The notes under the pieces are model-generated. The model worked only from the letters and a program-made list of their open reading frames with translations. It made no database searches and was not told where the DNA came from. Of a stretch of 64,000 nucleotides of DNA, positions 63,977-64,000 are shown in pieces; the first letter of the stretch is position 1; each line of letters opens with the position of its first letter. The stretch is taken from contig NW_026262745.1 in assembly GCF_021869535.1 (NCBI RefSeq), positions 20,460,001-20,524,000 of the forward strand, written 5' to 3'. This stretch comes from Mytilus californianus (Eukaryota). The position numbers were made by a program, and so were the translations under genes.

Positions 63977-64000
63977 CAGTGGCGGATCCAGGGGGTAGAG
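63977..64000 (+). mobile_element. Probable left end of a DNA-transposon MITE (CAGTGGCGGATCCAGGGGG), cut by the window edge
   Basis: Typical CAGTGGCGGATCCAG terminus; the other end is outside the window. Confidence 0.45.

Overview
AT-rich, repeat-dense eukaryotic genomic DNA. The repeat families and gene structures suggest a bivalve, most likely a Mytilus mussel (inference). Three spliced genes were reconstructed by hand from GT-AG sites and reading frame: (1) PRCP, lysosomal Pro-X carboxypeptidase, + strand, 9 exons, 10303-24435, 487 aa; (2) UFM1, - strand, 5 coding exons, 36744-30478, 91 aa with an unusual HCNHGNRC tail; (3) a secreted sushi/CCP + furin-site linker + Kunitz protein, + strand, 37082-53676, about 306 aa, head-to-head with UFM1. 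The link between exon 1 and the other exons of gene 3 is inferred. The most striking element is in PRCP intron 1. Two 324-bp direct repeats (2 mismatches, offset exactly 750 nt) each carry an intact minimal type I hammerhead ribozyme with a palindromic stem III loop and flank a 426-bp non-coding spacer. This LTR-retrozyme-like, Penelope-derived unit is nested in a 2.9-kb DNA transposon with a perfect 8-bp TSD and lies in the sense of the host pre-mRNA. Also present: a 5'-truncated RTEX-like LINE ending about 105 bp before the PRCP ATG, tiny P-type palindromic MITEs (one nested in another), Helentron-type HINE elements with internal satellites, SINE remnants, further hammerhead repeats, a decayed duplicate of the Kunitz exon, a probable decayed Ig exon and a possible decayed RBR-ligase remnant. 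Most ORFs in the supplied track are spurious. No database searches were run.
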